From the NCBI GenBank assembly GCA_016196545.1, contig JACPXM010000048.1, positions 19,690 through 83,689 of the forward strand: a stretch of DNA of 64,000 bases, given 5' to 3'. Shown here one piece after another: positions 28,567 to 38,404 of this stretch. This DNA is from Candidatus Omnitrophota bacterium. GTDB lineage: Bacteria > Omnitrophota > Omnitrophia > Omnitrophales > Aquincolibacteriaceae. Position 1 is the first letter of the stretch. Each line of letters starts with the position of its first letter. The position numbers were made by a program, and so were the translations under genes. Below the pieces are notes generated by a model. It was not told the origin of the DNA. It searched no databases and was given only the letters and a program-made list of their open reading frames with translations.

Positions 28567-29517
28567 CTACGAAAAAAATTGCGAGGATTTGATTTTCTTA
28601 AGGGCCAGAGGAAGAGAATCTAAAAGATCGGAGGCAACGAGACTGGCCTCGCCCATTTTTTTCGCGGCAAGGTCGCCGGCAAGACCATGAAGATAGACAC
28701 CGAGCGAGGCGGCCTCGAATAAGGAAAGCTTTTGTCCGATTAATGCGGCGATGACTCCGGTCAAGACATCGCCCGTTCCACCACTCGCCATGCCAGGATT
28801 TCCCGATTTATTAACATAAGTTTTTTTATCCGGGGCCGCGACAACAGTGTGATGTCCTTTTAAAACCAAAACGATTTTAAAGCGATGGGCAATAATTTCA
28901 GCCGCTTTTTTTCGAAACAAATCACTCCTCACCCTGCCCTCTCCCCTGTGGGGGAGAGGGTAAAGATGAGGGGGCAAAACCAACCCAAACGTTCTGACAA
29001 ATTCTCCGGGATGAGGAGTCAGGACGGCCCTTCCAGAAATTTCCTTTAAGAAATCGGTGTGACCTTTTAAGGCGTTTAAACCGTCGGCATCCACTACAAC
29101 GGGGATTTTGTTTTTTTTAAGGAGCAAACGAATCAGTTTTTGGGTTTCGGGATTTTGCGAAAGCCCGGGGCCAAGCGCCAACACATCCTGAGTTTTTAGG
29201 AATTTTTCAATGGCGGGCAAAGCTTTGAAGGCAAGTGTTCCCTCACCCGTGGAGGCAAAAGGCCTGACCATAACCTCCGCTTCGCGGCGGGCAACAATGG
29301 AATAAACCTTTTCCGGAACTCCGACTGTGACAAGCCCAGCGCCGGCGCGGAGCGCACCCATTCCTGCTAAGTGGGCCGCTCCCGTGAGGCCGCACGAGCC
29401 CGCGAGAATAAAGACGCGGCCAAAATCCCCTTTGTGAGAGGTGGGAGAACGATGTAAAAAAGGTACCCTGTTCCTTTTCTTAAAAAGGAACAGGGCACCT
29501 TTAGCTTTTTTCTTCAA
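28567..29517 (-). CDS. nnrD: NAD(P)H-hydrate dehydratase (YjeF C-terminal/carbohydrate kinase-like)
   Basis: HKGDFGRVFILAGS, LTPHPGEF and GNPGMASGGTGDVLTG motifs. The only start found is TTG 29517 (17-nt overlap with pdxJ), so codons 6-19 are encoded by a terminator-like hairpin. Confidence 0.8.
   Translation of the reverse strand: MKKKAKGALFLFKKRNRVPFLHRSPTSHKGDFGRVFILAGSCGLTGAAHLAGMGALRAGAGLVTVGVPEKVYSIVARREAEVMVRPFASTGEGTLAFKALPAIEKFLKTQDVLALGPGLSQNPETQKLIRLLLKKNKIPVVVDADGLNALKGHTDFLKEISGRAVLTPHPGEFVRTFGLVLPPHLYPLPHRGEGRVRSDLFRKKAAEIIAHRFKIVLVLKGHHTVVAAPDKKTYVNKSGNPGMASGGTGDVLTGVIAALIGQKLSLFEAASLGVYLHGLAGDLAAKKMGEASLVASDLLDSLPLALKKIKSSQFFS
28928..28975. repeat. GC-rich palindromic element (core ccctctcccc tgtg ggggagaggg, outer cctca/tgagg) inserted in-frame in nnrD
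   Basis: Core arms 28937-28946 and 28951-28960 are exact reverse complements. Translates as PLPHRGEGRVRS inside an extra ~12-15 aa relative to the usual LTPHPGE...LKG spacing. Confidence 0.7.
29461..29500 (-). terminator. 18-bp-stem hairpin starting at the nucleotide after the pdxJ stop, followed on minus by TTTTTTA (intrinsic-terminator architecture) but lying inside the nnrD 5' coding region
   Basis: aggtaccctgttcctttt ctta aaaaggaacagggcacct. The single A/C mismatch becomes a G-U pair in the minus-strand RNA. The plus strand has an A-run before and a T-run after. Confidence 0.6.
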
Positions 29518-30223
29518 TCTTTTCCCTCATTTCCAGAACGGCCTGGCGAAGACCGACAAAAACCGCACGGCAGATAATCGAATAGCCGATATTAAACTCT
29601 GAAATTTCGGAGATTTTTTTCAAGGGTTTAATATTTTTATAATTAATCCCATGCCCCGCATGCACTTTTAAACCCAGTGAGGCGGCCTCGCGCGAGGCCT
29701 GACGAATACGCTCAAGCTCCTTTTTCTTACGGCTTCCCGTGGCGTCCGCGTAAGAACCCGTATGAATTTCAATCGCCGGAACACGCAGTGTTGCAGCCGT
29801 TTCAACTTGTTTTAAATCGGGATCGATAAATAAACTGACTTCAACTTTTTTCGATCGAAATTCTGGAATAATTTCTTTAAGCTTATGAAATTTTAGGGTG
29901 GCATCCAGCCCGCCTTCGGTGGTGAGTTCCTGACGTTTTTCAGGGACAATACAGACTTTTTCAGGCCTCACCTTGAGGGCAATTCGGATAATATCCCAAT
30001 GAAGCGCCATTTCAAGATTCAGCGGCACACGCAAAATCCGCTTTAAATCGGAGAGGTCATGATCCTGAATGTGTCGCCGGTCCTCACGCAAATGCACCGT
30101 AATGCCTTCTGCCCCGCCCTGCACAGCCTCGCACGCAGCCTGGCAGAGATTCGGAATTTCACCTCCCCGGGCCTGGCGCAACGTAGCCACGTGATCAATA
30201 TTCACACCCAGCTTTTTCTGCAT
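29501..30223 (-). CDS. pdxJ: Pyridoxine 5'-phosphate synthase
   Basis: LGVNIDHVATLRQARG N-terminus, HLREDRRHI and EIHTG motifs. Confidence 0.92.
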   Translation of the reverse strand: MQKKLGVNIDHVATLRQARGGEIPNLCQAACEAVQGGAEGITVHLREDRRHIQDHDLSDLKRILRVPLNLEMALHWDIIRIALKVRPEKVCIVPEKRQELTTEGGLDATLKFHKLKEIIPEFRSKKVEVSLFIDPDLKQVETAATLRVPAIEIHTGSYADATGSRKKKELERIRQASREAASLGLKVHAGHGINYKNIKPLKKISEISEFNIGYSIICRAVFVGLRQAVLEMREKIEEKS

Positions 30224-30225
30224 GA

Positions 30226-31155
30226 TTACTTTTTAAGATGGACCTGAATACTAAGAGGAGTGTTTTCCTTTAGGGAAACTTCTTCGGGAAGCCTTAGAGA
30301 TACCGGAACATCATGCTCGCCGGAGGGAAGGGACGTTAAATCCACATAGGCCAAAATATCATTAAGAATCAATGTGTCGAGCTTCCGTTTGGGACCCTTT
30401 AAGGAAAAAGAAATTTTATTTGGCTCAAGGACCGCTCTGCCTCCATCCCCCGAATTGTTTAAGACGCGCACCGGAACAGCCTCAAAGATTTTTTCCGCCA
30501 ATTCTTCCCGAATGGGAATATAGGTATCCACAAGGGCCTCGCTTAAGGCTTTGACATGGGGAGGAAGATCAAGGGCTACGGTGCGTCGAAAAGGGCGAAT
30601 TCTTCCCACCAAGTCAATTCGCTCCGTAGCAATGGCATCCAGTTTTTCAATTTTTCCCTTCGGCCCTTCCACGAGAATCGCATTGGGATCGATTTGAATT
30701 TCGGAATCAATCACTTTGTATCCAATGGCCGGTTCGCCCACAAACACGGGTTTCACGGAAAGCTTTTGCACAATCAGCTCATCCAGGGTAACCGTCACCA
30801 CCTCCGGTTCAATCCGTCCGATGCGCACTTGCGGGCTTGGAACATTGATGTCGCGTGCCTCCAAACGGAAGGAATAATCCCCAGGTTTTTTAACCTCTTC
30901 ACCGATCTCATGAACCGCGAAAATTTTTTCAGAGGCAAGGTCCGAGAGCGAAGCCCTCGGCGCCAAAAACGCAACTTGAATCGAGTGCACGGAGGTCTTT
31001 AAAATGCTCATCTGTGAACTTTTGATTTTGATTTCAAGGGGTACCTGGCGCGTGACTTCGATGTCTTCCTCGCCGGCGGCGTAATACCAGAGGCCAATGG
31101 CAAGCGCCAGCGAAATCAGCTTGAGTCCCCAGTCTTTCGTAAGCCACTGCATCAT
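30226..31155 (-). CDS. cdaR: YbbR-domain protein, CdaA regulator
   Basis: N-terminal TM helix plus repeated YbbR-like beta domains. ATGA-type overlap with cdaA, the conserved cdaA-cdaR arrangement. Confidence 0.75.
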   Translation of the reverse strand: MMQWLTKDWGLKLISLALAIGLWYYAAGEEDIEVTRQVPLEIKIKSSQMSILKTSVHSIQVAFLAPRASLSDLASEKIFAVHEIGEEVKKPGDYSFRLEARDINVPSPQVRIGRIEPEVVTVTLDELIVQKLSVKPVFVGEPAIGYKVIDSEIQIDPNAILVEGPKGKIEKLDAIATERIDLVGRIRPFRRTVALDLPPHVKALSEALVDTYIPIREELAEKIFEAVPVRVLNNSGDGGRAVLEPNKISFSLKGPKRKLDTLILNDILAYVDLTSLPSGEHDVPVSLRLPEEVSLKENTPLSIQVHLKK

Positions 31156-31967
31156 TTTTGATTTTTCTCCCGGAAAAGTTTCCAGTTTTTTTCGATAAAT
31201 TCCCTTATCGTGGCTTTGGTTTCGGCGGGTTTAAAAAGACTCGCCAGCACCCTCTTCAACCCTTCGCTGTCAAGTGCTCGCGTTAATTTTCCATAAACGG
31301 CTACAGAAATATTCCCGGTTTCCTCAGAAACCACGACACACACGGCGTCCGTTTCTTCGGTCAGGCCGAGTGCAGCCCGGTGGCGCGTTCCCAGGGATTT
31401 GTCAAGGTCCGGATTCTGGCTCAAAGGAAAAAGAGAGCCGCAGGACGCGATTCGGTCGGATTGCACAATGACTCCCCCGTCATGCGTCGGAGTGTTTGGG
31501 AAAAAAATCGACATCAAGAGCTCGGCGCTGACTTTCGCATCGATTCCAATACCACTTTCAATATAGTTTTTTAGACCCACGTCTCTTTCAATCGCAATGA
31601 GGGCCCCAATTCGGGAGCGTGAAATTTGCTCGCAGGCCTGTACCAACTCGTCTACAGTTCCACCTTTTTTGAGAATTCCTCCGGCCAGCGTGTTCTGCCC
31701 GATTCTTGCCAGGGCACGGCGAAGCTCGGGCTGAAAAATAATCAGAATAGCCAAAACTCCAACCGCGAATAGTTTGGTCAACACCCAGTTAATCGTGCTG
31801 AGATCAAAGATTTTAGCGATATTAAAAATGACCGCAAGAATAATCAGGCCCATCAGGACCTGAATCGCACGCGTGCCTTGAAAGTAACGGATAACATAAT
31901 AAATGAGAAAATAAATAAAGACGATTTCAAGAAGGGGGCGCCAAATGACAAACAGAAGATCAATCAC
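31152..31967 (-). CDS. cdaA: Diadenylate cyclase (c-di-AMP synthase), membrane-anchored
   Basis: Three N-terminal TM helices plus a DAC domain (HDGGVIV, GTRHRAALG). GTG start. Confidence 0.9.
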   Translation of the reverse strand: MIDLLFVIWRPLLEIVFIYFLIYYVIRYFQGTRAIQVLMGLIILAVIFNIAKIFDLSTINWVLTKLFAVGVLAILIIFQPELRRALARIGQNTLAGGILKKGGTVDELVQACEQISRSRIGALIAIERDVGLKNYIESGIGIDAKVSAELLMSIFFPNTPTHDGGVIVQSDRIASCGSLFPLSQNPDLDKSLGTRHRAALGLTEETDAVCVVVSEETGNISVAVYGKLTRALDSEGLKRVLASLFKPAETKATIREFIEKNWKLFREKNQK

Positions 31968-31968
31968 G

Positions 31969-32184
31969 CTATTTTTTCCCGAAAAGGGTGAACACCACGG
32001 TTAGAATAAAACTTAAAATTAAACACGTCATCAGAGGAAAATAAAAGGTGAAACTTCCCTTCCGAAAATAAATGTCCCCCGGCAACCGGCCCAGGCCCGG
32101 GATTTTCCCGAAAATCGCGGCGATGACACCAATCGCAATCAACATGATCCCAAAAAAGATAAGGGTTTTAGAAAAATCATTCAT
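31969..32184 (-). CDS. DUF2905-family small membrane protein
   Basis: 71 aa, two TM helices, PGDIYFRKGSFTFYFPL motif typical of DUF2905. Confidence 0.7.
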   Translation of the reverse strand: MNDFSKTLIFFGIMLIAIGVIAAIFGKIPGLGRLPGDIYFRKGSFTFYFPLMTCLILSFILTVVFTLFGKK

Positions 32185-32186
32185 CC

Positions 32187-33206
32187 CTAAAATAAATCGG
32201 CTGTTTTAACGGGAGGCTTGCGTTTAAAATGCTCGTAAGAACGCCGCGTCGCCATACGACCGGAAGCGGTACGCTTCAAAAAACCTCTTTGAATCAAATA
32301 GGGTTCATAAATTTCTTCGAGAGTCTCCGATTCCTCTCCTACCCCCACGGCCAGGCTTGCAATCCCCACGGGCCCGCCCTCGCATTCATTCATAATATAT
32401 TCCAGAATTTTTTTATCCATAGCATCCAAACCTTCCGAGTCCACTTCAAGCTTCCCCAAGGCATGATTGGCTACTTCTTGATCAATTTTTCCCTGGGCTT
32501 TAATTTCGGCAAAATCACGCACTCTCCTAAGAAGGCGGTTTGCCACCCTCGGCGTCCCGCGCGCGCGGCGAGAAATTTCATGGGCACCTTCTGACTCCAT
32601 TTCCACTTTTAAAATGTTTGCGGAACGTCGAATAATTTTCCTCAAATCCTCCTCAAAATAATAATCAAGGTGCTCGACAATGCCAAAACGAGAACGAAGC
32701 GGCGCAGTCAGGAGCCCGCTGCGCGTCGTAGCACCGATTAACGTAAAGGGGGGAATATTAATTTTAACCGAGCGCGCATTCGGACCTTTATCGATCATAA
32801 TATCAATGGAAAAATCTTCCATGGCGGGGTAAAGATATTCTTCCACAACATGTGAAATGCGATGGATCTCATCGATAAAAAGAACGTCTCCTTCCTTGAG
32901 ATTCGTCAGAAGGCCCGCCAAATCTCCGGGCCGCTCCAAAACAGGGCCGGAAGTGGAACGAATATTAGCACTCATGGTTTTGGCAATAATGTGTGCGAGT
33001 GTGGTTTTCCCCAGGCCAGGAGGGCCGAAGAGAAGAACGTGATCCAACGGCTCTTTTCTTTTAAGGGCCGCCTGGGTATAAATGGCTAGATTTTCTTTAA
33101 GTTTTGCCTGGCCGATAAATTCCGAAAAAGTTTGAGGCCGTAAGGCAGCCTCCCACAAAGCATCTTCTTCGTGTTGGATTTGATCGACGAGACGCTCTTC
33201 CGTCAT
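32187..33206 (-). CDS. ruvB: Holliday junction branch-migration helicase RuvB
   Basis: Walker [10 protein letters not shown], Walker B DEIH, full-length RuvB similarity. ATGA overlap with the upstream PilZ ORF. Confidence 0.93.
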   Translation of the reverse strand: MTEERLVDQIQHEEDALWEAALRPQTFSEFIGQAKLKENLAIYTQAALKRKEPLDHVLLFGPPGLGKTTLAHIIAKTMSANIRSTSGPVLERPGDLAGLLTNLKEGDVLFIDEIHRISHVVEEYLYPAMEDFSIDIMIDKGPNARSVKINIPPFTLIGATTRSGLLTAPLRSRFGIVEHLDYYFEEDLRKIIRRSANILKVEMESEGAHEISRRARGTPRVANRLLRRVRDFAEIKAQGKIDQEVANHALGKLEVDSEGLDAMDKKILEYIMNECEGGPVGIASLAVGVGEESETLEEIYEPYLIQRGFLKRTASGRMATRRSYEHFKRKPPVKTADLF

Positions 33207-33649
33207 TGAGCAGTGGACATCACGGGAAGGCGGCGTTCGGCCACTTCAGAGCGATCGACCAATGCTTTGGCGCCTTGCAAAGTCGAAAGCTTGTGAATAA
33301 AATTTTTTAGAACTTCCTGGTCCCCGCGAGAAATTTCCAGAAATGCCGCGGAGATATAATAAATATCTCTGGATTTTCCCTGAACTGCGCGAACAACGCG
33401 CCCAAGCGCCTTGACCTGACAATCAACGGGCGGAATCCAAAGCAACACCTGGAGGAGAGACCCTTCCGGATAAAATTTTTCGGTCCAGAACTTCATTCCC
33501 CCGGGGCTTAGGTCTTTAAGATTGGAAATCCTCCAGTCCTCTTCAGAGCCGGCAAAACGATGCTTCATAAGATAAGGCGCTTTGACACGTCTTTCTCTTC
33601 GTTCATTAAAAACTCGGTAATGCTTTTCCTTCACGGTAAATGGAAACAT
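33203..33649 (-). CDS. PilZ-domain protein
   Basis: RRERR (RxxxR) followed about 27 aa later by DLSPGG (DxSxxG). AAGGAGG SD 7 nt upstream of the ATG. Confidence 0.6.
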   Translation of the reverse strand: MFPFTVKEKHYRVFNERRERRVKAPYLMKHRFAGSEEDWRISNLKDLSPGGMKFWTEKFYPEGSLLQVLLWIPPVDCQVKALGRVVRAVQGKSRDIYYISAAFLEISRGDQEVLKNFIHKLSTLQGAKALVDRSEVAERRLPVMSTAQ

Positions 33650-33692
33650 GCTTGCTCCTCCTTAGAAATTCTGCCCTCCGGGCAGTTCGTCT

Positions 33693-34295
33693 TTAAACAA
33701 ATTTCAAGGAAACCCGGATGAGCTCTTCAACCGAATACTTTTTATCCGGATTTTCGCCAATCGCCCTTTCAACGGCTTCCTTGGCATTTTGACGCCGGTA
33801 TCCCAACTCCACCAAGGCCCTCAGTGAATCCTCATGCACGCGGGCTTCGGTTGCGGATTTTGAAAAAATCGACCCAGCCGTCCTTCTTTCTTCCACCACA
33901 ATCTTTTCTTTCAGTTCCACAATCATGCGCTCTGCGGTCTTTTTCCCAATTCCTGAAATCGCAGTTAAGACAGGAAGGGCCCCTTCGACAATCGCCTGTT
34001 TAAGTTCATTTAAAGGAATGCCCGACATCACGACCATCGCCATTTTCGGGCCAATACCCGAGACCCCCAGCAAAAGCCGGAAAAAATCGCGCTCCTCTTC
34101 GGTAAAAAATCCATAAAGCGAGTGCGCATCCTCACGGATCACAAGGTGTGCCAAAACTTTCACCGGCGTGCCAACCGAGGGAAGCGCCTCGAATGTGGAG
34201 ACCGGAATATGGAGTGCATATCCCACCCCTTGAACCTCCAACACGATCGCCGAGGGTGATTTTTCGATTAATTTTCCTGTAAGGTATTGGTACAT
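33693..34295 (-). CDS. ruvA: Holliday junction DNA-binding protein RuvA
   Basis: MYQYLTGKL...VGYAL OB-fold N-terminus and HhH motifs (GVSGIGPKMA; ISGIGKKTAERM). Confidence 0.92.
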   Translation of the reverse strand: MYQYLTGKLIEKSPSAIVLEVQGVGYALHIPVSTFEALPSVGTPVKVLAHLVIREDAHSLYGFFTEEERDFFRLLLGVSGIGPKMAMVVMSGIPLNELKQAIVEGALPVLTAISGIGKKTAERMIVELKEKIVVEERRTAGSIFSKSATEARVHEDSLRALVELGYRRQNAKEAVERAIGENPDKKYSVEELIRVSLKFV

Positions 34296-34768
34296 AGATT
34301 AAAACGTTTTGAATGCAAATGGCAAATGGCTACGGCAAGCGCATCGGCCTCATCCGGACTGGGAAGTGCTTTCAGACCCAAAAGCGTTTTGACCATATGT
34401 TGCATTTGGTCTTTGGTCGCCCGGCCGTTTCCGGTAACGGCTTGCTTGACTCTGGCCGGGGCGTATTCTACCACAGGAATTCCGAGTTCGGAAGCCGCAA
34501 GCATGGCTGAGGCCCGGGCTTCTCCGATTTTAACCATGGCCCGCAAATCTTTCCCAAAAAAAACATTTTCAAGGGACAATACTTCCGGCTTGAATTCAGA
34601 GATTAAATCTTTTAAGCGGCGGTAAATCTGGAGAAGCCTTTCGGCAAGCGTTCTCCTTGAAGGCGAACAGATCACCGTGCTTGTGACTAACACATAAGCG
34701 CTGTCGTGAGAGTCAAGAATTCCAGCCCCCGTGCGCAGAGTACCTGGATCTACGCCGAGGACACGCAT
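34268..34768 (-). CDS. ruvC: Crossover junction endodeoxyribonuclease RuvC
   Basis: MRVLGVDPG start with catalytic Asp; C-terminal DEADALAVAICH motif. Confidence 0.92.
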   Translation of the reverse strand: MRVLGVDPGTLRTGAGILDSHDSAYVLVTSTVICSPSRRTLAERLLQIYRRLKDLISEFKPEVLSLENVFFGKDLRAMVKIGEARASAMLAASELGIPVVEYAPARVKQAVTGNGRATKDQMQHMVKTLLGLKALPSPDEADALAVAICHLHSKRFNLCTNTLQEN

Positions 34769-35515
34769 TCAGCTAATCTCCTTCATCACCTCGTCCGGGA
34801 TTTCACAGTTGACGGAGACGTGTTGAACATCCTCGTGGGCCTCTAAGGCATCCGTTAATTTTAGAAGATGGCGCGCATTGTCGGCGGAAATTTCTACCTG
34901 ATTTTTGGCTATCATCATCACCTGCGCTGACTCCATAGGAATTTTTGCCTTCTCAAGGGATTGACGAATCGCTTCAAAGTCATGGGGGTCTGAAGTGATT
35001 TCAAATTGATCTCCCGAAGGACTCATGTCCTCAGCACCGCTGGCGAGTATGATTTCCATAAGCGCATCCTCGGAAATTTTTTGTTTGGAAACCCCAATAA
35101 ATCCTTTTTTTTCAAACATCCAGGCCACGGAGCCCGCACCCTCCATCGCCCCGTTATTTTTGGAAAAAATGTTCCGGATTTCAGAAGCTGTTCTATTTTT
35201 ATTATCTGTCAAACAATGAACAAGAATCGCGACGCCTTGGGGTCCAAAACCTTCATATTGAACTTCTTCATAGGTAACTCCTTCAAGCTCGCCCGTTCCC
35301 TTTTTAAGTGCGCGTTCAATGTTGTCGCTCGGCATGTTGGCTGTCTTTGCAGTTTGAATGGCGGTTCTAAGGCGGGGATTAGTATTCGGATCCCCTCCGC
35401 CATTTTTTGCGGCCACCGTGATTTCACGAATAATTTTGGTAAAAATTTGACCCCGTTTGGCATCCGCTGCGGCTTTTTTATGCTTAATCGATGCCCATTT
35501 AGAATGTCCCGACAT
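34769..35515 (-). CDS. yebC: YebC/PmpR-family DNA-binding regulator
   Basis: MSGHSKWASIKHKKAAADAKRG N-terminus. Start moved to ATG 35515; the ORF-track extension overlaps folP. Confidence 0.9.
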   Translation of the reverse strand: MSGHSKWASIKHKKAAADAKRGQIFTKIIREITVAAKNGGGDPNTNPRLRTAIQTAKTANMPSDNIERALKKGTGELEGVTYEEVQYEGFGPQGVAILVHCLTDNKNRTASEIRNIFSKNNGAMEGAGSVAWMFEKKGFIGVSKQKISEDALMEIILASGAEDMSPSGDQFEITSDPHDFEAIRQSLEKAKIPMESAQVMMIAKNQVEISADNARHLLKLTDALEAHEDVQHVSVNCEIPDEVMKEIS

Positions 35516-36350
35516 AATTTTCTCCTCGAAGGGCCTCCGCCACTTGAATGGCATCGCGCATGGCCCCAACCTCATGAACCCGCAAAATTGAGACCCCTTT
35601 AAAAACTGCAGCCGTGGCACACGCGGCAGTTGCAAATTCACGATCTTGAACGGGTCGGCCCGTGATATCCCCCAAGAATCTCTTGCGGGAAGGACCCATC
35701 AAGATTGGCCGTTTAAAAACCAGAAATCTTTCAAGCTCCCGTAAAATTTGCAAATTGTGTTGGGTGGTTTTAGAAAATCCCAGGCCCGGATCCAACACAA
35801 TGTGATCGCGAGAAATTCCCTGAGCCAACGCCCTTTCCAGGCTTTCTTTCAGTTCGGCAAATACTTCTGCGCTCACATCTTCATACTGGGCAAGTTCCAT
35901 CATGGTACGGGCATTTCCCCGGCGGTGCATTAAAATTAAACCCGCCTTGAATTGATGAACCGTCTCAGCCAGGGCCGGTCCCGACTGACGAAGGCCGCTC
36001 ACATCATTAATAATGTGGGCCCCTTCCAAAAGACACGAGGCCGCAACAGGGGCCTTCGTGGTGTCAATCGAAATCGGAATATTAAAACGCCGGAGAATTT
36101 CCTTCAATACCGGTAGGAGGCGCGCGAGTTCTTCTTCAGCCGAAATTTCCTCAGCCCCGGGACGGCTGGACTCAGCGCCCAGATCCAGAATATCCGCGCC
36201 CTCTTCGATGAGCTGCGCCGCACGCTCCACGGCCTTTTGGGGTTCCCGATAAGCTCCGCCCTCGGAAAAGGAATCAGGTGTTAAATTTAAAATCCCCATG
36301 ATCAGCGTACGGTTGATTGAAAGAATGCGGTCGCGAATTTTCCAAATCAT
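35499..36350 (-). CDS. folP: Dihydropteroate synthase
   Basis: IMGILNLTPDSFSEGG and GADILDLGAESSRPG motifs. Confidence 0.92.
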   Translation of the reverse strand: MIWKIRDRILSINRTLIMGILNLTPDSFSEGGAYREPQKAVERAAQLIEEGADILDLGAESSRPGAEEISAEEELARLLPVLKEILRRFNIPISIDTTKAPVAASCLLEGAHIINDVSGLRQSGPALAETVHQFKAGLILMHRRGNARTMMELAQYEDVSAEVFAELKESLERALAQGISRDHIVLDPGLGFSKTTQHNLQILRELERFLVFKRPILMGPSRKRFLGDITGRPVQDREFATAACATAAVFKGVSILRVHEVGAMRDAIQVAEALRGENYVGTF

Positions 36351-36359
36351 GGATAAAAT

Positions 36360-38291
36360 TTATGAAGGAGAGGTCGAAGGAGTCCCGGGGGACTGAATTC
36401 CATTCAATCCTGCGATTTCCTTGATTTCCTCGGCATCCAGCACTTCTTTTTCCAAGAGCCGTACCGAAACTTTCTGAAGTTTTTCTTTATGAGAAGTCAA
36501 AAGCTCATGCGCTCGCTTGTAACAAGAATCCACAATTCGGCGCACCTCCTCATCAATCAAAATGGCGGTGCTTTCCGAATAATCTTTTTCCCGCATCAAA
36601 TCTCGCCCCAAAAAAACCTGCCGGTCTTTTTTCCCAAAGGTGAGATTGCCTAGTTTTTTGCTCATACCAAATTCACAAACCATGCGCTGGGCATATCCGG
36701 TGGCCACTTCCAAATCATTGTGTGCCCCCGTTGTGATCGATTTAAAAACGATTTCTTCAGCCACGCGGCCGCCGAAAAGGACTGTGATTTTATCGTAAAG
36801 TTCCTTTTCAGAAACCAAATAACGGTCTTCGAGCGGCAAATGAAGGGTATAGCCCAGGGCCTGCGTTCCGCGAGGAATAATAGACACCTTATGAAGATGA
36901 TCGGTCGCCTCCATCAAAAGCAAAGTCAAAAGGGCATGTCCGGATTCATGCACCGCGACAATTTCTTTTTCTTTTTTAGAAATGACGCGGCTTTTTCTTT
37001 CCGGCCCCGCCATTACCCTTTCGATGGATTCTTCAAGTTCGGATTGAGTCACCGCCTCTTTGGCGCGCCGCGCAGCTAAAAGGGCAGCTTCGTTCACAAG
37101 ATTAGCGAGGTCCGCTCCCGAAAATCCCGGCGTCTGGCGGGCAAGTTTCACAAGGTCTGCTCCGGGCCCCACCTTGATTTCACGGATATGCACTTTTAAA
37201 ATTTCTTCGCGCCCTTTGATATCCGGCCGGTCGATCACCACTTGGCGGTCAAATCTTCCCGGACGAAGCAATGCGGGATCCAAAACATCAGGCCGGTTTG
37301 TCGCGCCGATTAAAATCACGCCCGCCTGAGTATCGAAACCATCCATTTCCACAAGAAGCGCGTTAAGTGTTTGTTCGCGTTCATCATGACCTCCGCCAAT
37401 ACCGGCAAAGCGCTGACGACCCACGGCATCAATTTCATCGATAAAAATAATCGCACCGCGGCCGCTTGTTTTGGCTGCGCGTTTGCCCTGTTCAAAAAGA
37501 TCGCGAACACGAGCCGCGCCCACCCCGACAAACATTTCAACAAAATCCGAACCGCTGATCGAATAAAAAGGAACATTGGCCTCACCGGCCACCGCCTTGG
37601 CAAGAAGGGTTTTCCCCGTGCCCGGAGGCCCCATCAAAAGCACTCCTTTGGGAATACGACCCCCCAGTTTTTGAAACCGCTGTGGGTCCTTTAGAAATTC
37701 GATGATTTCTTGAAGCTCCTCTTTGGCCTCTTCCACCCCGGCAACATCCTTGAACGTAATACGATTTTTATCCTGACCCGAAAGCTTGGCGCGGGATTTT
37801 CCAAAGGAGAAAAGTTTTCCGCCTCCTTGCGAAACTCCCCGATAGACAAAAAACCAAAAAAAGGTGATCAAAAGAAGAACGGGGAGAACCGAATAAATAA
37901 GATTGCGCCAAAAAACCTGGGGTGGGTTAATGGTAAAGTCTTTAACATTGCTCCTGAGAAGGGGTAAAAGTTCCGGATCATGCAACGGAACATTGACATG
38001 AAAATTGCTGCCATTTTTTAAAATTCCACGGACAACATCCTCGACAAGTTCGCATTTAACAATTTCGTTAGTCTCAGGATTCCTTTGAAGCTTCTGAAAG
38101 AATTCAGAATAGGAAAATACCGTAATGTCCCATACCGGCGATACAAAAACTTGAAGAAGAATAAAGACGCCGAGCGGAATTAAAAAAAAGGCGAGCATCT
38201 TTTTCTTTTCAGGGTCGCCTCCCGGAAGCCCTGAACCGGAACTTGGCCGGTAGGGGGCCCTGGGTGGAAATTTTCTCGTAGGTTCACTCAT
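36360..38291 (-). CDS. ftsH: ATP-dependent zinc metalloprotease FtsH (full-length, with periplasmic domain)
   Basis: Walker [17 protein letters not shown] zinc site. 643 aa with two TM helices flanking a ~90-aa loop. Confidence 0.93.
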   Translation of the reverse strand: MSEPTRKFPPRAPYRPSSGSGLPGGDPEKKKMLAFFLIPLGVFILLQVFVSPVWDITVFSYSEFFQKLQRNPETNEIVKCELVEDVVRGILKNGSNFHVNVPLHDPELLPLLRSNVKDFTINPPQVFWRNLIYSVLPVLLLITFFWFFVYRGVSQGGGKLFSFGKSRAKLSGQDKNRITFKDVAGVEEAKEELQEIIEFLKDPQRFQKLGGRIPKGVLLMGPPGTGKTLLAKAVAGEANVPFYSISGSDFVEMFVGVGAARVRDLFEQGKRAAKTSGRGAIIFIDEIDAVGRQRFAGIGGGHDEREQTLNALLVEMDGFDTQAGVILIGATNRPDVLDPALLRPGRFDRQVVIDRPDIKGREEILKVHIREIKVGPGADLVKLARQTPGFSGADLANLVNEAALLAARRAKEAVTQSELEESIERVMAGPERKSRVISKKEKEIVAVHESGHALLTLLLMEATDHLHKVSIIPRGTQALGYTLHLPLEDRYLVSEKELYDKITVLFGGRVAEEIVFKSITTGAHNDLEVATGYAQRMVCEFGMSKKLGNLTFGKKDRQVFLGRDLMREKDYSESTAILIDEEVRRIVDSCYKRAHELLTSHKEKLQKVSVRLLEKEVLDAEEIKEIAGLNGIQSPGTPSTSPS

Positions 38292-38404
38292 AAGTATTCT
38301 CTTTTTCCCAATTAGGATACGTAAAGAAAAGGTAGTTTATCATCCCCACTCTAAGATAGCAAATTGATTGACCAAAACAAAAGGGAATAAAACCTTAAAT
38401 CAGG

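Noticed and set aside
35516-35641. N-terminal extensions in the ORF track. Examples are yebC to 35641, bcp to 43490, the exported protein to 54553, rseP to 1227, cdsA to 3299, korB to 45701 and vanZ to 50606.
   Set aside because: The extensions overlap the upstream gene, lack homology and precede conserved family N-termini that have their own ATG/TTG and SD. Starts were moved downstream.
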